Origin: Lama glama
Taxonomy: Eukaryota
Assembly: GCA_028534125.1 (NCBI GenBank)
Contig: CM052818.1
Location: forward strand, 14,882,001-14,946,000
Direction of reading: 5' to 3'
DNA: 64,000 bases
This document shows positions 1 through 13,500 of this stretch, one piece after another. Every line of letters starts with the position of its first letter. Position 1 is the first letter of the stretch. The notes beneath the pieces are model-generated. The model was not told where the DNA came from. It did not search any database and worked only from the letters and a program-made list of their open reading frames with translations. The position numbers and the translations under genes were made by a program.

Positions 1-139
1 TACTGTACTCATTACCATGTCGTCTCCTGAAGCTTCACATCGTCCTTGCTCTTGTGGAGACCTTCTTCCTTAAACATTTCACTGTGGCTCTTCTTGGTCT
101 TTGGAAGAGGTTTAAATCAGTGACTCTTGACTCTAACAG

Positions 140-1410
140 ACTCAGCACTCCTTTTTGTAGTCTATAGTTAACTATTCTAAAGTGAAATTCATAAATAACA
201 TAACCTACCTATACTCAAACATTAATATAATGTCTTAATCATAAAAGGAGTAATGGGAAAGTAGTTTATTATAAAACAATGTGAAAAACAGTGGTGTTCA
301 GATTTTGCATCTATTTATAATGAGTAAGTCTGGATTTAAAGTAAAAAAGATGAAAACACATTCTGTATCAAAAGTATAAGAAAATGAAAGAGCAGAATTA
401 TTAGTGGACATTAAAATAAAAACTAGTGGTAGGATAAGGAATAACAGGCCACATGTATTTAAGTATGATAAGAGAAATAACTTTACTTTCAGGCTACTGA
501 CTGAGAAAAAAGGAAGTATGATATTCTTGCAGGTGAGCTGGCCCTATAACAGAGTGTCACAATAATTCTTTATGTAATAATGTGGGATGGTTTAGTTACT
601 TAGTATTACACAACATTATTTTTGAACATTATATTGCATGTGAAAGAAATAGAGGTAGAGGATGAATTGGGAAAAGAAACATTAATAGATGAAGCCATAG
701 AAAATTTGTTGAATGGACTTTTGGGGAGAATATTAGAGCAAGATTGAAAAGTAATAAATGTCAACGTGTCATTTTCACAACATAAATTGCCTTTTGTGCC
801 ATACGAAAAAAGGATGACATTCTAAAAGAACATGAAGCATGTTAACAACAAAATTATGAATGAAATTCTGTGACATCCTCATGTTTTGTGTATCTGCTAA
901 TTGCTGGCGTAATGACACTTAGTTCTAGGACTATTAAAACAATCTTCATTCTTAGTTACATGCTATGCAAAACTACACATGTGCAGGGATATGGTTTGGG
1001 CAGCTCAGGGGTGGCAGCTGGAATTGCCATTATGCTCTGATTCCCCGATGTCCTTCCCCGCCAAATCATGAGTAACTCTAGGTAAAATTTTCAACGAAAT
1101 AAAGTACAGCCTTCCTTCAATTTACATATCAGTTGTATTCCTAGAATATCCTGTATCTATTAAAACTGTGTAAAAAATAGTTAATGTTTAAAACAGTTAG
1201 CTTTTAGGTTCACTATTTTTTAACCTATATAACCATGCACTGGGACATTTAAAAGTCTTGCAACAATTTTTTGTGGAGTCTGGCTATTCCATGGATTGCA
1301 GAGTATCTAATATACCTGGCTTTTAATCACTAAAGTTCCGTTGAGTCCTCCCCAGTAATCGTGATAATTAAAAATGTCCCATACATTCCAAAATGCTCCC
1401 TGCATGTGAT
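140..1410. mobile_element. Degenerate hAT-Charlie-type DNA transposon remnant
   Basis: End 'ccccagtaatcgtgataattaaaaatgtcccatacattccaaaatgctccctg' resembles MER20/Charlie termini; the 5' extent is uncertain. Confidence 0.45.
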
Positions 1411-4400
1411 TAGGAGGCTTATGGATTTGCTATCTCCTCATCCATGCAAGTTAAAGTTCCTGCCTCAGTAATCAGTCCCTCCTGTTTTCTTATCGTTGGT
1501 CCAGCATTTTTTGCCTTCTTTTTTCCTGTTTTTAATTCTATAAGATACCGGTCTTTTAGTTTCCAAACCAGTATTCTTTTACCTTTACCAGTGCTTCTCA
1601 AACTGTCCATTTAATACTCCTTCCCTTTTCCAAAGGTGTTTCCTGAAAGGTGTGTGAGACATTTCTTGGAATTTTTACATTTTATCTTGAACATTCATAT
1701 TTGTTGTATTAGGCTTATTAAGTAGTGTTTTCATAAGTAAAAATTTCTTCCCTATATATCTCTTGACTAAAATTGATGCTCCAAGAAGATGAACTGTATT
1801 GGTCTAGTGGCTTGGAGTACTCACATTCAGGACTGTGTACCTCTGTTGAAAGGAGTATGTGTTGTGAAGTACAGCTCTGTTGATGCAGCCTTTTTTAACA
1901 GTAATGCGTTGTTCCAGTGTGAAGGGGTCAGAAAGAATACTGGGCATCTGGAACTATTTTTGAGGGGGCTCTTTCTTGGTAAGAGGCAGCACCGTAGGAC
2001 AAAATTAGAAACTTAATGTCTGTTTAAAAAAAAAAGTAGAAAAAAATTGTGCTTAAAATATTTTTCAGGACTATAATTAATTTTTTATTCATTTTCTCCA
2101 ATTTTCTATAATCTTTTTACTGTTATCATCATATATTTACCTCTCCTTTTGAAAGGAGTACCTGTTACCATATTTCCATTCTGGTCACACTGTATTTTTT
2201 TATTTAACATTAAAAGATTTTCATATTCTTTGGTTCTTAGACTTTCTTCATCTCACTTGCATTGGTTTTAATATCAGAGAAATCTGATGGTTCTTACGCA
2301 GTCATGTTAGAGACACTAGTTGGAGAGCCATACAATAACACTTAACTACTTATTGTTCCTCACAGCTAGTCTCTGTCCACTGAATTTCAAAGACGGAACC
2401 ATTTAAAACATTTTAAAGTTTATTTTTCTACTTAAGGTGCTGTTTAGTTACAGTAGTGTAACTACTAGTGTTTATAGACAAGGGATAAAATACGACTTTT
2501 TACAAACATTTTCTTTGAGAAAACCCCTTAAAGGGCCTTTTAAATATGTCATGCTTTTGAATTGGTATTTTGTTTTCGAGTATTTTCATCTTAGATGCAT
2601 TCTGACACATTTTGAAACAGTTTTGTCAGCTGACTGCATGTGTTCATACTATTTTTAGAATACTATTTTTATAATCAAAAGTGAAAGATTGCTTCATTTG
2701 TTAACTGTTTGCCTTTCAGGACCTAACTTCATGGTCCTTATATACTTGTCTTTATTGAAACCACTGCTTAGAGTGCCATGCATTTCAATATGATTTTGAA
2801 AGCTGGTTCCATTGTTTGGCTGAAGGATTATTAAACTTTCTTCTTTCCCTTACCTTCTTCTCCCCTCTTCCCCTTTGTTTCTTTTCCCCCTTCTTTCCTC
2901 CTCCTTTCTGTCTTTTTGCCTCAGGGGGAAAAAGACATTTTTATTCTCATCTGTTTCAAATTTGTGCTGGAGAAATTGTAGGATTTTTTTATTCAATAGA
3001 AAAATTAACATTGGAAAGACTCTAGGTAGTTATGAACTTGATACTAGCAACATAAGAATTTTATTGTTTACTTTGTAAAAGAAGCATTTGAATCTTACGG
3101 ATGTGGTTTTATTTTATAAAGCAATGTCCCCCACACTTAAATGGAGTAGCATATTTATGCAAGTTACAATATGGACAGCCCACTTAAGGAAGGGTGCTGC
3201 TACTAAGAAAATGTGAGGGAAATATGCATTGATCAGTTTTTACAAATGGGCATGGAAAATTCATATTTGAATTGCCATGTATGTAAATTAGTCTTATGAT
3301 TGATTTAGTTTTTGTGGTTTTTTGGTCTTTTAAAGGTTTACATATTTGCACCATGAGTAACTTGGACCTAGGTAACTCATTTACCTTTAAAAAAATTTTT
3401 TTAAGTGTCTATTTCTCTTTCATATATACTGTTCTAAGGGGATACTATAGTATTACGCTCTTTCACTTTTCATATTAATCTGCCTCTGGAGAAATACGGT
3501 ATTTCCCTTCTCTGGTCCTTGTTCTTGATGGCATTTGTTTCTCTATTGATCTATCAAAGGATCATTTGAATGTTTGCTCTTACGGATAAGATACAGTTAA
3601 ATCCTTTGTTCCTCCGTCAACAGGTGGAAACGACATGTTCCTAACCTCTACTGGGGGTTACTTGATACATGTGGCCACATTTCTAAGCTTAAGTTACTAG
3701 CAGCACCTCAAGAATGATCTCTACCTACAGAATTTAATATGATAATGAAATGATGAAAGCAATTTCTCTGAGGACCTGTTGAAGTTTAAAATAGTTTAGT
3801 TATTTTGTTAATAAACAATAATTATAGTATTTGCAGTGATTTCTAATAAGGGATTTGAGGAACATTCTGTTTGTTTGTTTTTTTTTAACATTCTGCTTTT
3901 ATTTGGAAATTAGAGAATAAGTGGTTGATTTATTAATTTTTATTCATGACTTTGCTGGTGTTCTTCCAAAAGTTGTGCTTCAATGATCTTTCTTTAGAAA
4001 TTGCTCTTTTTAAAGCAATTTAAAAAAATACTTAGTTCACATTGATCAGGCTAGTCATCACTTCAGCAGTTATGCATGCTCTTTTTACTAGTGGCCAGAA
4101 TCATTACAATTTCTTAACACTTGCTGTGGAGGCATACTTTTTTCTTAAAGCAATTTTAATGAAAAACCAGTGTTAATGCTACATTGCTGATGAAGGTGTT
4201 ACACTTTATTTATAGTTTTCTTAGGGTTAAATTATCTTGACCCTAATTTTGTGTGAAGTTGCTGTGAAAAATGAGTACTTGCTGGTTTAACTAAGCAGTA
4301 TTCAGTTTTGAAAGCTTAGATATGAGATGAATAGTGTTTGACGTAGCTGATAGTGGATTTGTTTAAATTTAGAAAAAAACAGGTAAAAATGGATACATTA

Positions 4401-5014
4401 AATTATAAAGAGGTTGTGACACAACTATGTAGAATGTACCAGTGTTAAGTTTCCCAGTGCATTTATGAAAAAGCAAATACTCTGAAGTTAAATTTTAGAT
4501 CAAAAATTGTCGAGTGAAGCTGAAAGTACTTCTGGCTATGGGCAGTCCATACTGCTCTCATCTGGAAAGTATCATTTGCTGCACATTTTTCTGGTTTATA
4601 AGTGAATATTGTCCTGACAGGTAAGGCTAAGATGGTGGGAAGCATAAACCTCCAGGTTTACATAACTAGAGTAACTGGAGGTTAAGACTTTTGGCTTTCC
4701 TCGGGCTTCTCTGCTACATATTTGGCATTTACTTATTAATGTCATCTTAAGGACTCACAAAGAATGTCATCATAAGGAAATTGCATCCCAGAGAAGAAAA
4801 GTCACACCGAGTCATTTGTTGAAACTGGGGCAAGAACTTACTTTCTGCTCTGATAGAGTGGCAATTGGGAGAGGAATTTCCTATTTTTGATACGATTTCC
4901 TAAACATAAATTAATAGCTGCTTAGTGGCAGTAGAATAAATGTAAAAGCAAAATGTATACAAAATTTTAGTTTTTGAGAAGATTGAAAATACAATTTATT
5001 TTGGTTAAATGTGA

Positions 5015-5200
5015 AATAATTATAGTTAACATTTATTGTGCTTAATTCTGGGCCAGGTGACTGCTTTCTTTACATTATCTCATTTAATTTTTGTAACAGC
5101 CTTATGAGACATAGGTATTACTGCTCTTACATAGATGGGAGGCTGTAATACTGCTCTGCTAGTAAATAGCCGGACTGACTCTGAGCCCAAGCTATGAACC
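5015..5200 (-). mobile_element. MIR SINE
   Basis: 'aacatttattgtgcttaa...attatctcatttaat...aacagccttatgag...taggtatta' MIR core, antisense. Confidence 0.75.
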
Positions 5201-7552
5201 ATTCATTACGTGATGATATACTGTGGCTTTCTTTTCAACTTAACATACCTTTACTAAGAGAAGATCGGGTATGAGTAAACCCACCAAGCTTAGACCCTCT
5301 AGATTCCTTTTGACTTTTTAAAAAAGTGTTTTGAACTGTTATCACTTTAACATTAGAAATTTCCAACAGTCGGAAAAGTATTTAGTGATTATTCACTCCC
5401 TCTAAAAATTAGTGAAATATAGTCCAGTAGCATCTAGCCTTAACCTTTTATTTTATTTTTAAACAGAAACATTGTTTCCTTCATCATGAGAGATTACAAG
5501 AATCACAAAAGGTCACTATACAGATATCACAGGTTAGAGAGATTGTACCCTTTTCTGGATAAAGAGCATAAATCCAATGGCACAGGCCTTATGTATAAGG
5601 AGGGGTTGAAATTGACTTTATCTAGATAAACTAAATCACATTCGTACACACCTTATTCCTCTAATGAGTGAAGTGACAGCTTTCAGGTCTTATAATTAAC
5701 CTCCTGTTCTGAAAAGTGAAGGGAACTGGAGAAAACATACAGCTATGCAGCCTTTTATAACTTGCTTTCTAGAATCATTTTTGACATTATATGAAAGTTT
5801 GTTGGTAGAGAAGTGAACCAGTGAAAATAGCAGGTTTTCTGTGTTGTACTCTCAAGTGAGTTGTCACAGAAACAGTTTCAAATAAATGTAAAGTTAACAT
5901 GAACACAAACCTTAGGAACTAGTAGAAATTATAGATCTTCTGCTTGTTTCCTTGGACCATAAGTTTACCATTTTAGAATTATCTTTTTTAAAGTCTGTAT
6001 TTAAGTTGATCTGTTATTTTGTTTGGAACTAGATGTATCTTCAAATTAACCTATGAATTCTGAAGTTTGCTTCTAAGTGGGTTCTTTGGTCCAACTAAAA
6101 AAAATCCAAAGATTGCTGCTCTTCGTTGCCCTAATAGAAATGTTTGTTGAACTTTGTAAATAAATAAATATATAAATATAAATAAACATATAACCTTGTT
6201 ATAAGCACTGTGGAAATGACCAGAAGTAAAAGTCATACTCACAGTCTCAGGGAGTTTTAAATGTAGTTGGAGAGAAGCTGCCCACCCCATCCCCACCCCC
6301 CTTTTAACTAGGCAAACTTAGATGTTTCCTAAATTAAACTCTTTCTGAATTGCTTAGCTTTTTTTGTGAGAGAAAGTAAAAATCTCTCTTTGATAATCAA
6401 AAAATGCTCCATGATGGCTCTCTGGCCATGTGGTCATCTTTTTTATTTTAGAATTACCTGATGAGTTATAGCCCAGTTTCCTGTTCAGTTAATTTTTTTC
6501 TGAGTAGTTTTGAAACTAAAGAGGATTCCTACAGCTTCAAGTAATTATAGTTTTCTCTCCTGGTTGTATAATACATTGATTACTTGTGCTGAATTTAGAT
6601 TGTGTTATTCCTTAGAATTTCTTTGCAAATTAGTTCTTAAGCTTTCAGAGAAGCTGGATAGACTTCTGGCTTTTAAGAATTTCAGGAAGCTTAACGAAAA
6701 AGTGTCGGATGGAAGCACTGCCTGAAAATTACCCCTTTCCCCCATAATTGTTCTTCCTGAGATTTGGGGACTTGTTTTATTTTTACCTGTATACATCATA
6801 CTGTAAGTAGTCACATTTACTTTAAAATTCCAATTCAGAATTACTTGATGCCCCCTTTGTTTTGTTTATTTGCATTTGACCTCTTTGACTCTGGTCTAGT
6901 TACTATTTTAAATATTCCATTCTGGTGATGTGTTTAAACCAGTCCACACTGGCCATTTCATTAGAATAGAAATATTTATTGTAAGTTCATGTACAATTAT
7001 TTGTTTTCCTAAATTCACTTGAGCCACCTACAAGTTGAAAAATAAGTTACAGCTTTTAATGTTCTTTGACTAACTTAACTAGCTGGTCAAAAAAGGTAGC
7101 TGTTGCTTACTTTGATAATTGTTTCTGACAGTTGCTGATAGAAGCACACCAGACTTTGTCTACTGTTTGTGTTTAGAGTAACAGCACTTTAATAATAAAA
7201 ATTTAAAATTAGTATTTGAAGTTTTAAGCCACTGAACATACTTCTTGATGTGTTATAAGTATGGTCATTGCTACGCACTTTGTAAAGATTGAAAATCATT
7301 TGCCCCTTTTCCAGTTTCCTTCCCGTTAGTTCATAGCATAGAGTAAGCAAAATGAGGGCAAAGGAAAGAACAGATTATGGTTTAGGTAGTTAATCCTTAC
7401 AGTTTTGTGTATATGAAAGAGAAGTGTTAGTGATTGCATGTACACAGATAATATCTAAGTTTATGAGCTTATCTTAGAGATAATTTTTAATTGAATTAGA
7501 TCTGTTCTTAAAATATACCAACCTAATTTATCAAATGGCTTTTCCTCCCTAG

Positions 7553-7597
7553 TTCTGTAGAAAATGTTCTCAAAACACTCGTGAAAAGCTGCCGACC
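7553..7597 (+). CDS. PSME4: PSME4 exon 4 (45 nt)
   Basis: ccctag|...|gtaagt; [14 protein letters not shown]. Confidence 0.95.
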
Positions 7598-10500
7598 GTA
7601 AGTAGCTCCTCAATTTATAAAGCCTCTTACTGTTTCTTTGGGCCTTTCCCCATCTTTAGTATGCTTTGAAGAGGAAATTAAAGATATAAATAGTTTCTGA
7701 CATGGTGATGTTAGTCACTGGGCACAAAATATCATTTCCAACCCTTGAACTGAACTTTTCAGATTTCATTTATAAATTTAGAAATTTTCAAGTGGTGTGG
7801 GTGTCAGTCACCCATTATAAAGTAAGAAGGTCAATTTATCCATAATCATCTTTGTTTGAAAGGTTTTCCTATGACTATGATTAGATTTCCTATGATTATT
7901 TTTAAAATTAAACATTTTTTGTATATAAATTTTTATTGAAGTATAGTCAATTTACAATGTTGTGTCAGTTTCTGATGTACAGCATAATGCTTCAGCCATA
8001 CATGAACATACATATATTTGTTTTTATTCTGTGATTATGATTAGAGTATGATTACTCAGATAAAAAATATTTCCCAAAATAAGTGTTGTAGGTATTGTAT
8101 TAAAATGAAAAATAACAAGGAAGTGTCTTGTAAATTTTTTCCTAGTATTTTTCTCTCTCAGTAGAATATTTGACTTTAAAAAACCATATTCTGATGTTTA
8201 AAGGTGAATGTGGACATAGCTTATTTTTAATTAAAGTCTAGTCCTGGGGACTTGAACTGTTTTTCATTTTTGTTTGTCAGGCTGTTCTAAGACTACTTAC
8301 TCTGCTATGGATGCAGTGAATTCTGTTGAATGGAAATTCATATATTTACCATATGCTTGTAATATGAGTTAAAATTATTTTAGAGATCAGCTATTTACTG
8401 CTGACCTACTATACTGCTTAGTCTTGGGCAAATGTATTTTCAATATATAAAATTTCCTTTTTAAGAGGCTTAAGATCTAACCTGAGTTATCATCAATGAG
8501 GTGCCTACTGGGTTTTAGGTTTTAGGAAATTCATAGAATGCCCAAGCTTTTATTTTGGATTCTGACTCTGAAAAATCAGGAAGTTGACAGTTGACTCTGA
8601 AAAATTAGGAAGGGTAATTGATGTATGAGATCTTTGAAGGCAGAATATGTTCTGCTTTTTTTTTCTTAATTTTAACTTGTTGCACAATAATCTGGTACAT
8701 AAATCCTTGATGAACTCGACAGAAGTATTACTAGAAATGTAATTTTATTTTTCAGGTGACAGAATGAAGTGTGGTTCTCACAACATAGATATATAAAGAT
8801 ATAATAAGATAAAAATATGATGTGTAGGCCAAACCTATGCATGTATTTGAAAAGGTTTCCTAACTTTTTTGACATACCCAAATCAAAGGTTTTCTTATGC
8901 TTTTTGTTATTTTAATCCCCTTAGTGGGTGTTTGATAATTATACATTGGTCCTCTTTATCTATTTACCTTTGTTTTGTTTATGTCTGCATTCTTCAGATT
9001 TTACTTTTTTAAAATTTTCTGTGTCCCAGGAATATTCTTGCCCATTTCCTAGAATTTTATAATGTGACAGCCTGTAGAACCAGATCATCTAGTCCAGTCC
9101 TCTCTTGTGTCCATCTCAGAGGTCTCTGCGGCCTGTCAAGGGTAGTTTGTTCCCAAGGTGACTAGAGAGTTTTGGGCTGTTGTTCTCTTTCTTACTTCCC
9201 TGATTATCCATTTCTTTATTAGACTAGATTCCGTATGGCAAGATTTTTTTTTCTACTACTGTTACACAGCACACAGGAAGAAACTTCAATCATGTTTACA
9301 TTTCTAGATGATTTGAGTGACTTTGTATTTTATCTGCAGTTTGTCAACTTTATAACATTTTTCCAAGTCCATAGACAAGAAAAAAATTTACCTTTTCTTA
9401 AGTAGGACAGGCTACTTATTTTAGAGTTGTAAAAATGTGTTTCTTGTAGGCTAACTTGACATTTTTAGTGTGTGACGTGTCTTAGGAAGTCCATTCCCCT
9501 TCTCCCCTTTTTTGTCAGCCATATTATGACGATGTGGAGCTTTTAGCCAATGATCAGATACATGAAAACCTTCTTTTTTATTAGATATTTTCCAGCAGAT
9601 GCCACAACTGAGATGCTAGAAGAATGGCGGCCTTTAATGTGCCCTTTTGATGTAACAATGCAAAAGGCCATCACTTATTTTGAAATATTTCTTCCTACCT
9701 CCCTTCCTCCAGAACTTCATCATAAAGGTTTTAAGTAAGTATATACATATCTTGACAAATTCTAGAATACAGTAGGGAATACAGATGTGTGTGTGTATAT
9801 GTGTCTGTCTATATATGTGTGTGTGTGTGTCTGTGTGTATATATATGCAAACTAGTAAAGCAATAATAAGTAACAAAAAATTTACTAACTCAACCATTAT
9901 GTTTATTATTCTTGAAGTGTTGAAGGCTAAAACTGTTTAACATAATATTGCATATAAAGAGAATAATGCTTGTATGTTAAGCCAAGTAAGTGAAGGCTTT
10001 AATTAAGAAACAGGGAAAGGATAATAAATGCAAAAAAGAGTTGAAAATGTCAATAAATAGACTGTGATAAAAATGTTAAAATTGCATAGAGAGAAAGGAA
10101 AAGTGTTTTTCTAAAACTTGGTTTTAACTCTTAATCATGTGTAGTTTTTCTTGAGTCTTTTTTTATTTTTTATTCTAGTGTGCACCGTTTTTAAGAACTA
10201 ATTTTTCCTCAGATGATTGTAGATATATAATAAATCCTAGAATGAAAAATACTTATATTGTACTTTTGTTAAAAAAAAAAGTAGAAGGTATGAAACAGAC
10301 TGGAAGGATAATAGTAATTATGAATATATTGTGGGTTCGTGCTTAGTCACCCAGCCCCCAGCATGTTTCCTATAGTGAGATGCCAAATCCTTTATTTCTG
10401 TCATATTAGAAATTTTGTATATAGCTATATATTTGTAAGATTTTAATTAAAATCTTCTAAGATTTCTTTGACATTTGTAAAGATTGGTTAGTAATAGTCA

Positions 10501-13500
10501 AACATTTTCTTGCCCCTGTATTTTCTTCTATTTCTTTAATTTGAAATAGTTTCCCTCACTATAATTGCTCCTAATGCTTTGTGGCTCATTTCTTTTGTGG
10601 AACATTTACTGTAGTGCTAGTTAATGGCATAATTACTAATTGGCCTATTAAAGAAAAGAAAGTAAGGGAGGAACAGGCAGTAACAGGAAAACATTAAAGG
10701 AGAAAGGCGGAGAGAGGAAGGAGAAACTCAGAAAGCAGTGTTATATAAGGGTGGACAGTTATTTACCAATGAAGTAGAAATTTGGTGAGATGATTCTTTT
10801 TAGCATAAATAAATTGAAAAGGGAATATTCAGACAGAAGTAGCCCCTCATTCTGTTGTTTGTAACTTTCAGTATTGTTTTTTTCTAGATTGTGTAGTTAT
10901 CAGTAAGAATAATAGATTAAAAAATACAAAGGATACCTGACTTTGAACCACTTTCTATAAATCACTTGCTATTCATAACATTTTTCTCCTTCAGACTTTG
11001 GTTTGATGAATTAATTGGCCTTTGGGTTTCAGTACAAAATCTCCCACAGTGGGAGGGGGTGAGTATCCCATTTTTTCTTCTATACTTTTTAGTTTGAAAA
11101 TAAATATGTCAGATCATTTGATAAGTCACTTCAGTTCCTTAGAATTGGCTGTTAACAATGTTGTCATCAGTTTTTAAAAATTTTATTTGCTGTGTTCTAA
11201 GAGAAGTAGACATTTCTTTATTTTGGTTTTTTATTAATGTCTGGTTGTATATGCATGTACTGTGAAATGCATGAAGAGTAAGTCCCTGTTTGTTTCCTTT
11301 TGTACCCTCATTCCCATGGTGCTGGACTTCTGGTGGATGTTTTCAACGTGTGTTTAATTAAAACTTCTTACTCTGTTTGCATTGTGGATGATGCTTTGTC
11401 ATTGCCCTTTTTAATGAGCATTTCAACTGCAATTGATTTTAAATGAGTGGCAAGAATCAGAACATAAATTTGAGGTTTAAACAAACTGGGTCATAAATCA
11501 AATACTAAATTCATTTGTGCCAATAGTGATTGTTCTGAAAAGAAAAAATGGATAGAATGGGACTATGATGCTTTAAAAACAGCAAAGTGCTTACTTAACT
11601 CTTTTTTGTTTGTTTGTTTACTTTCAGCAACTAGTAAATCTCTTTGCTCGGTTGGCTACAGATAATATAGGGTACATAGATTGGGATCCGTATGTACCAA
11701 AGGTAATAAGAACATTTGAACATACACAACAGCACTGACATCATCTTTACGTCTTTAAGGAGAAATGTGTTTTGTATGCTTAATTTATAGCACTGCATAA
11801 AATACTTTTTGACCATTAGTAAAAACATGTAATTTATAAGGATGGACCATTTATTTTCAAAAAGTAATTGAGTCATATCAAGCTATCATAAATGCGTGAT
11901 TTTTGTCTTACCTTTGCAGGACATGAAGTATAAGTTTCAGAGTGAGTGTCTTAGAAGATGCTAAGAATGTTATTCAGGGTATCATACATTCTTCCCTTTC
12001 AACAACTTTTGTGTATTTGATTGCTCTTCTAGAGTGTTCCCCACTTTTTAGATCACAGTGTATACTTTCCTGGAGTAAACAGAGCTTGGAGAATGTCTCT
12101 AGGTGCAGTGCATCTTCCGTATGGTTTCACTTGTGGTAGAATCACCTGTGGAACCTCTGGAGGGCCACTTTAGGGCATCCAGAGGTGGTTCTGATGCGTA
12201 CGTGGATAGTAGAGCAGGGCTGGGGAGCAGCAGAAGGCAGATGCTCGGATGGCCTTTGCTTGTGCTGTCTTCCTTTGTTGCTGGCCAGGAGAAATGAGGA
12301 GAAGTAGATTTCCCCCACCATTAGCCTTCATTATCTGACATGTAGTGACAGATTTGAAATATAAATCTAATTGTATTAAAATGCAATTATTTAATGACAG
12401 ATTAAAATGTAAATTCTTACACAGAAAAATCAAGTCGCTGCTAAAATTTTGAGAGGAAAGTAATTGGTTAGAAGATATTTGTGTTTTGTGCATTCTTGGA
12501 TTGAAATAAGAACATAGGAAAAATAGTTTGATATGCATTTAGAGAGAAAGGAGTCAAAATGTATCACATTTAACTGCAGTTACCTACATTTTGCCATTTT
12601 ATGTTTGCCTATGTCTCATCTGTCTGTTTTTGGGTACATGGATATGAATGCTTCATAACCACATGCCTGTGACCTCAGTGTCATTTAAAAAAGTATACAG
12701 ATACTTAAATGTAATTTTTAATGAATAAAGCAGATTACAAGCAGTATGTCATTTTGCTTAAAAACTGATAAAGTGAGAATACATCCAATAACACTAATAT
12801 ATGAAAGAGCTATTTGATATATGTAAATATTTATTAATTTTTTTCTTTTCTTTTTAAAGATATTTACAAGAATTCTGAGAAGCTTGAACCTCCCAGTGGG
12901 AAGCAGTCAAGTGTTAGTCCCAAGATTTTTGACAAATGCTTATGATATAGGACATGCTGTAATATGGATCACTGCCATGATGGTTTGTAATGCATTCTGT
13001 TTGTTTTGTATAGTTCATCTAAATTTCGTGTTAACCATATAAAAGTTCTGCAGAATTGCTTAAGTCTAGATTAATGGCTTAGTTGGCCACTTGATTCTTG
13101 GATATTTTCTGATGTAAGCTTATGTTTATGTAGTAGTCATACTACGTAAACTACATTCATACTACTATATAGAATGTAGTCATAAAGGACCATTTATAAA
13201 TCTCCTTAACCAATGGACCTTAAAAATAAGAGTCAAAAAAAGTTCAAAGTCTTGATTACTGTGATCATTTTGTAATGTATAGAAATACCGGATTGCTATG
13301 TACACCTGGACACAGTTATACCATAGATTAATTATACTTAAATTTTTTAAAAAGGAGTCTGGGATTTAGAGTTTTAAGAGATTCAGAATGTCTGTAATAG
13401 TTTTATAGACCATGAACCAGGGTCATAGATAAAAGGATTTTCCCAAGTCAGATTGATAATTGATAATGATCAAGGTGGGATTTGAACTCGGGGTTCTGCA

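Noticed and set aside
13124..13182. Two adjacent short hairpins downstream of exon 8
   Set aside because: The 9-10 bp AT-rich stems lie in low-complexity TAC/GTA sequence and are too short for a pre-miRNA.
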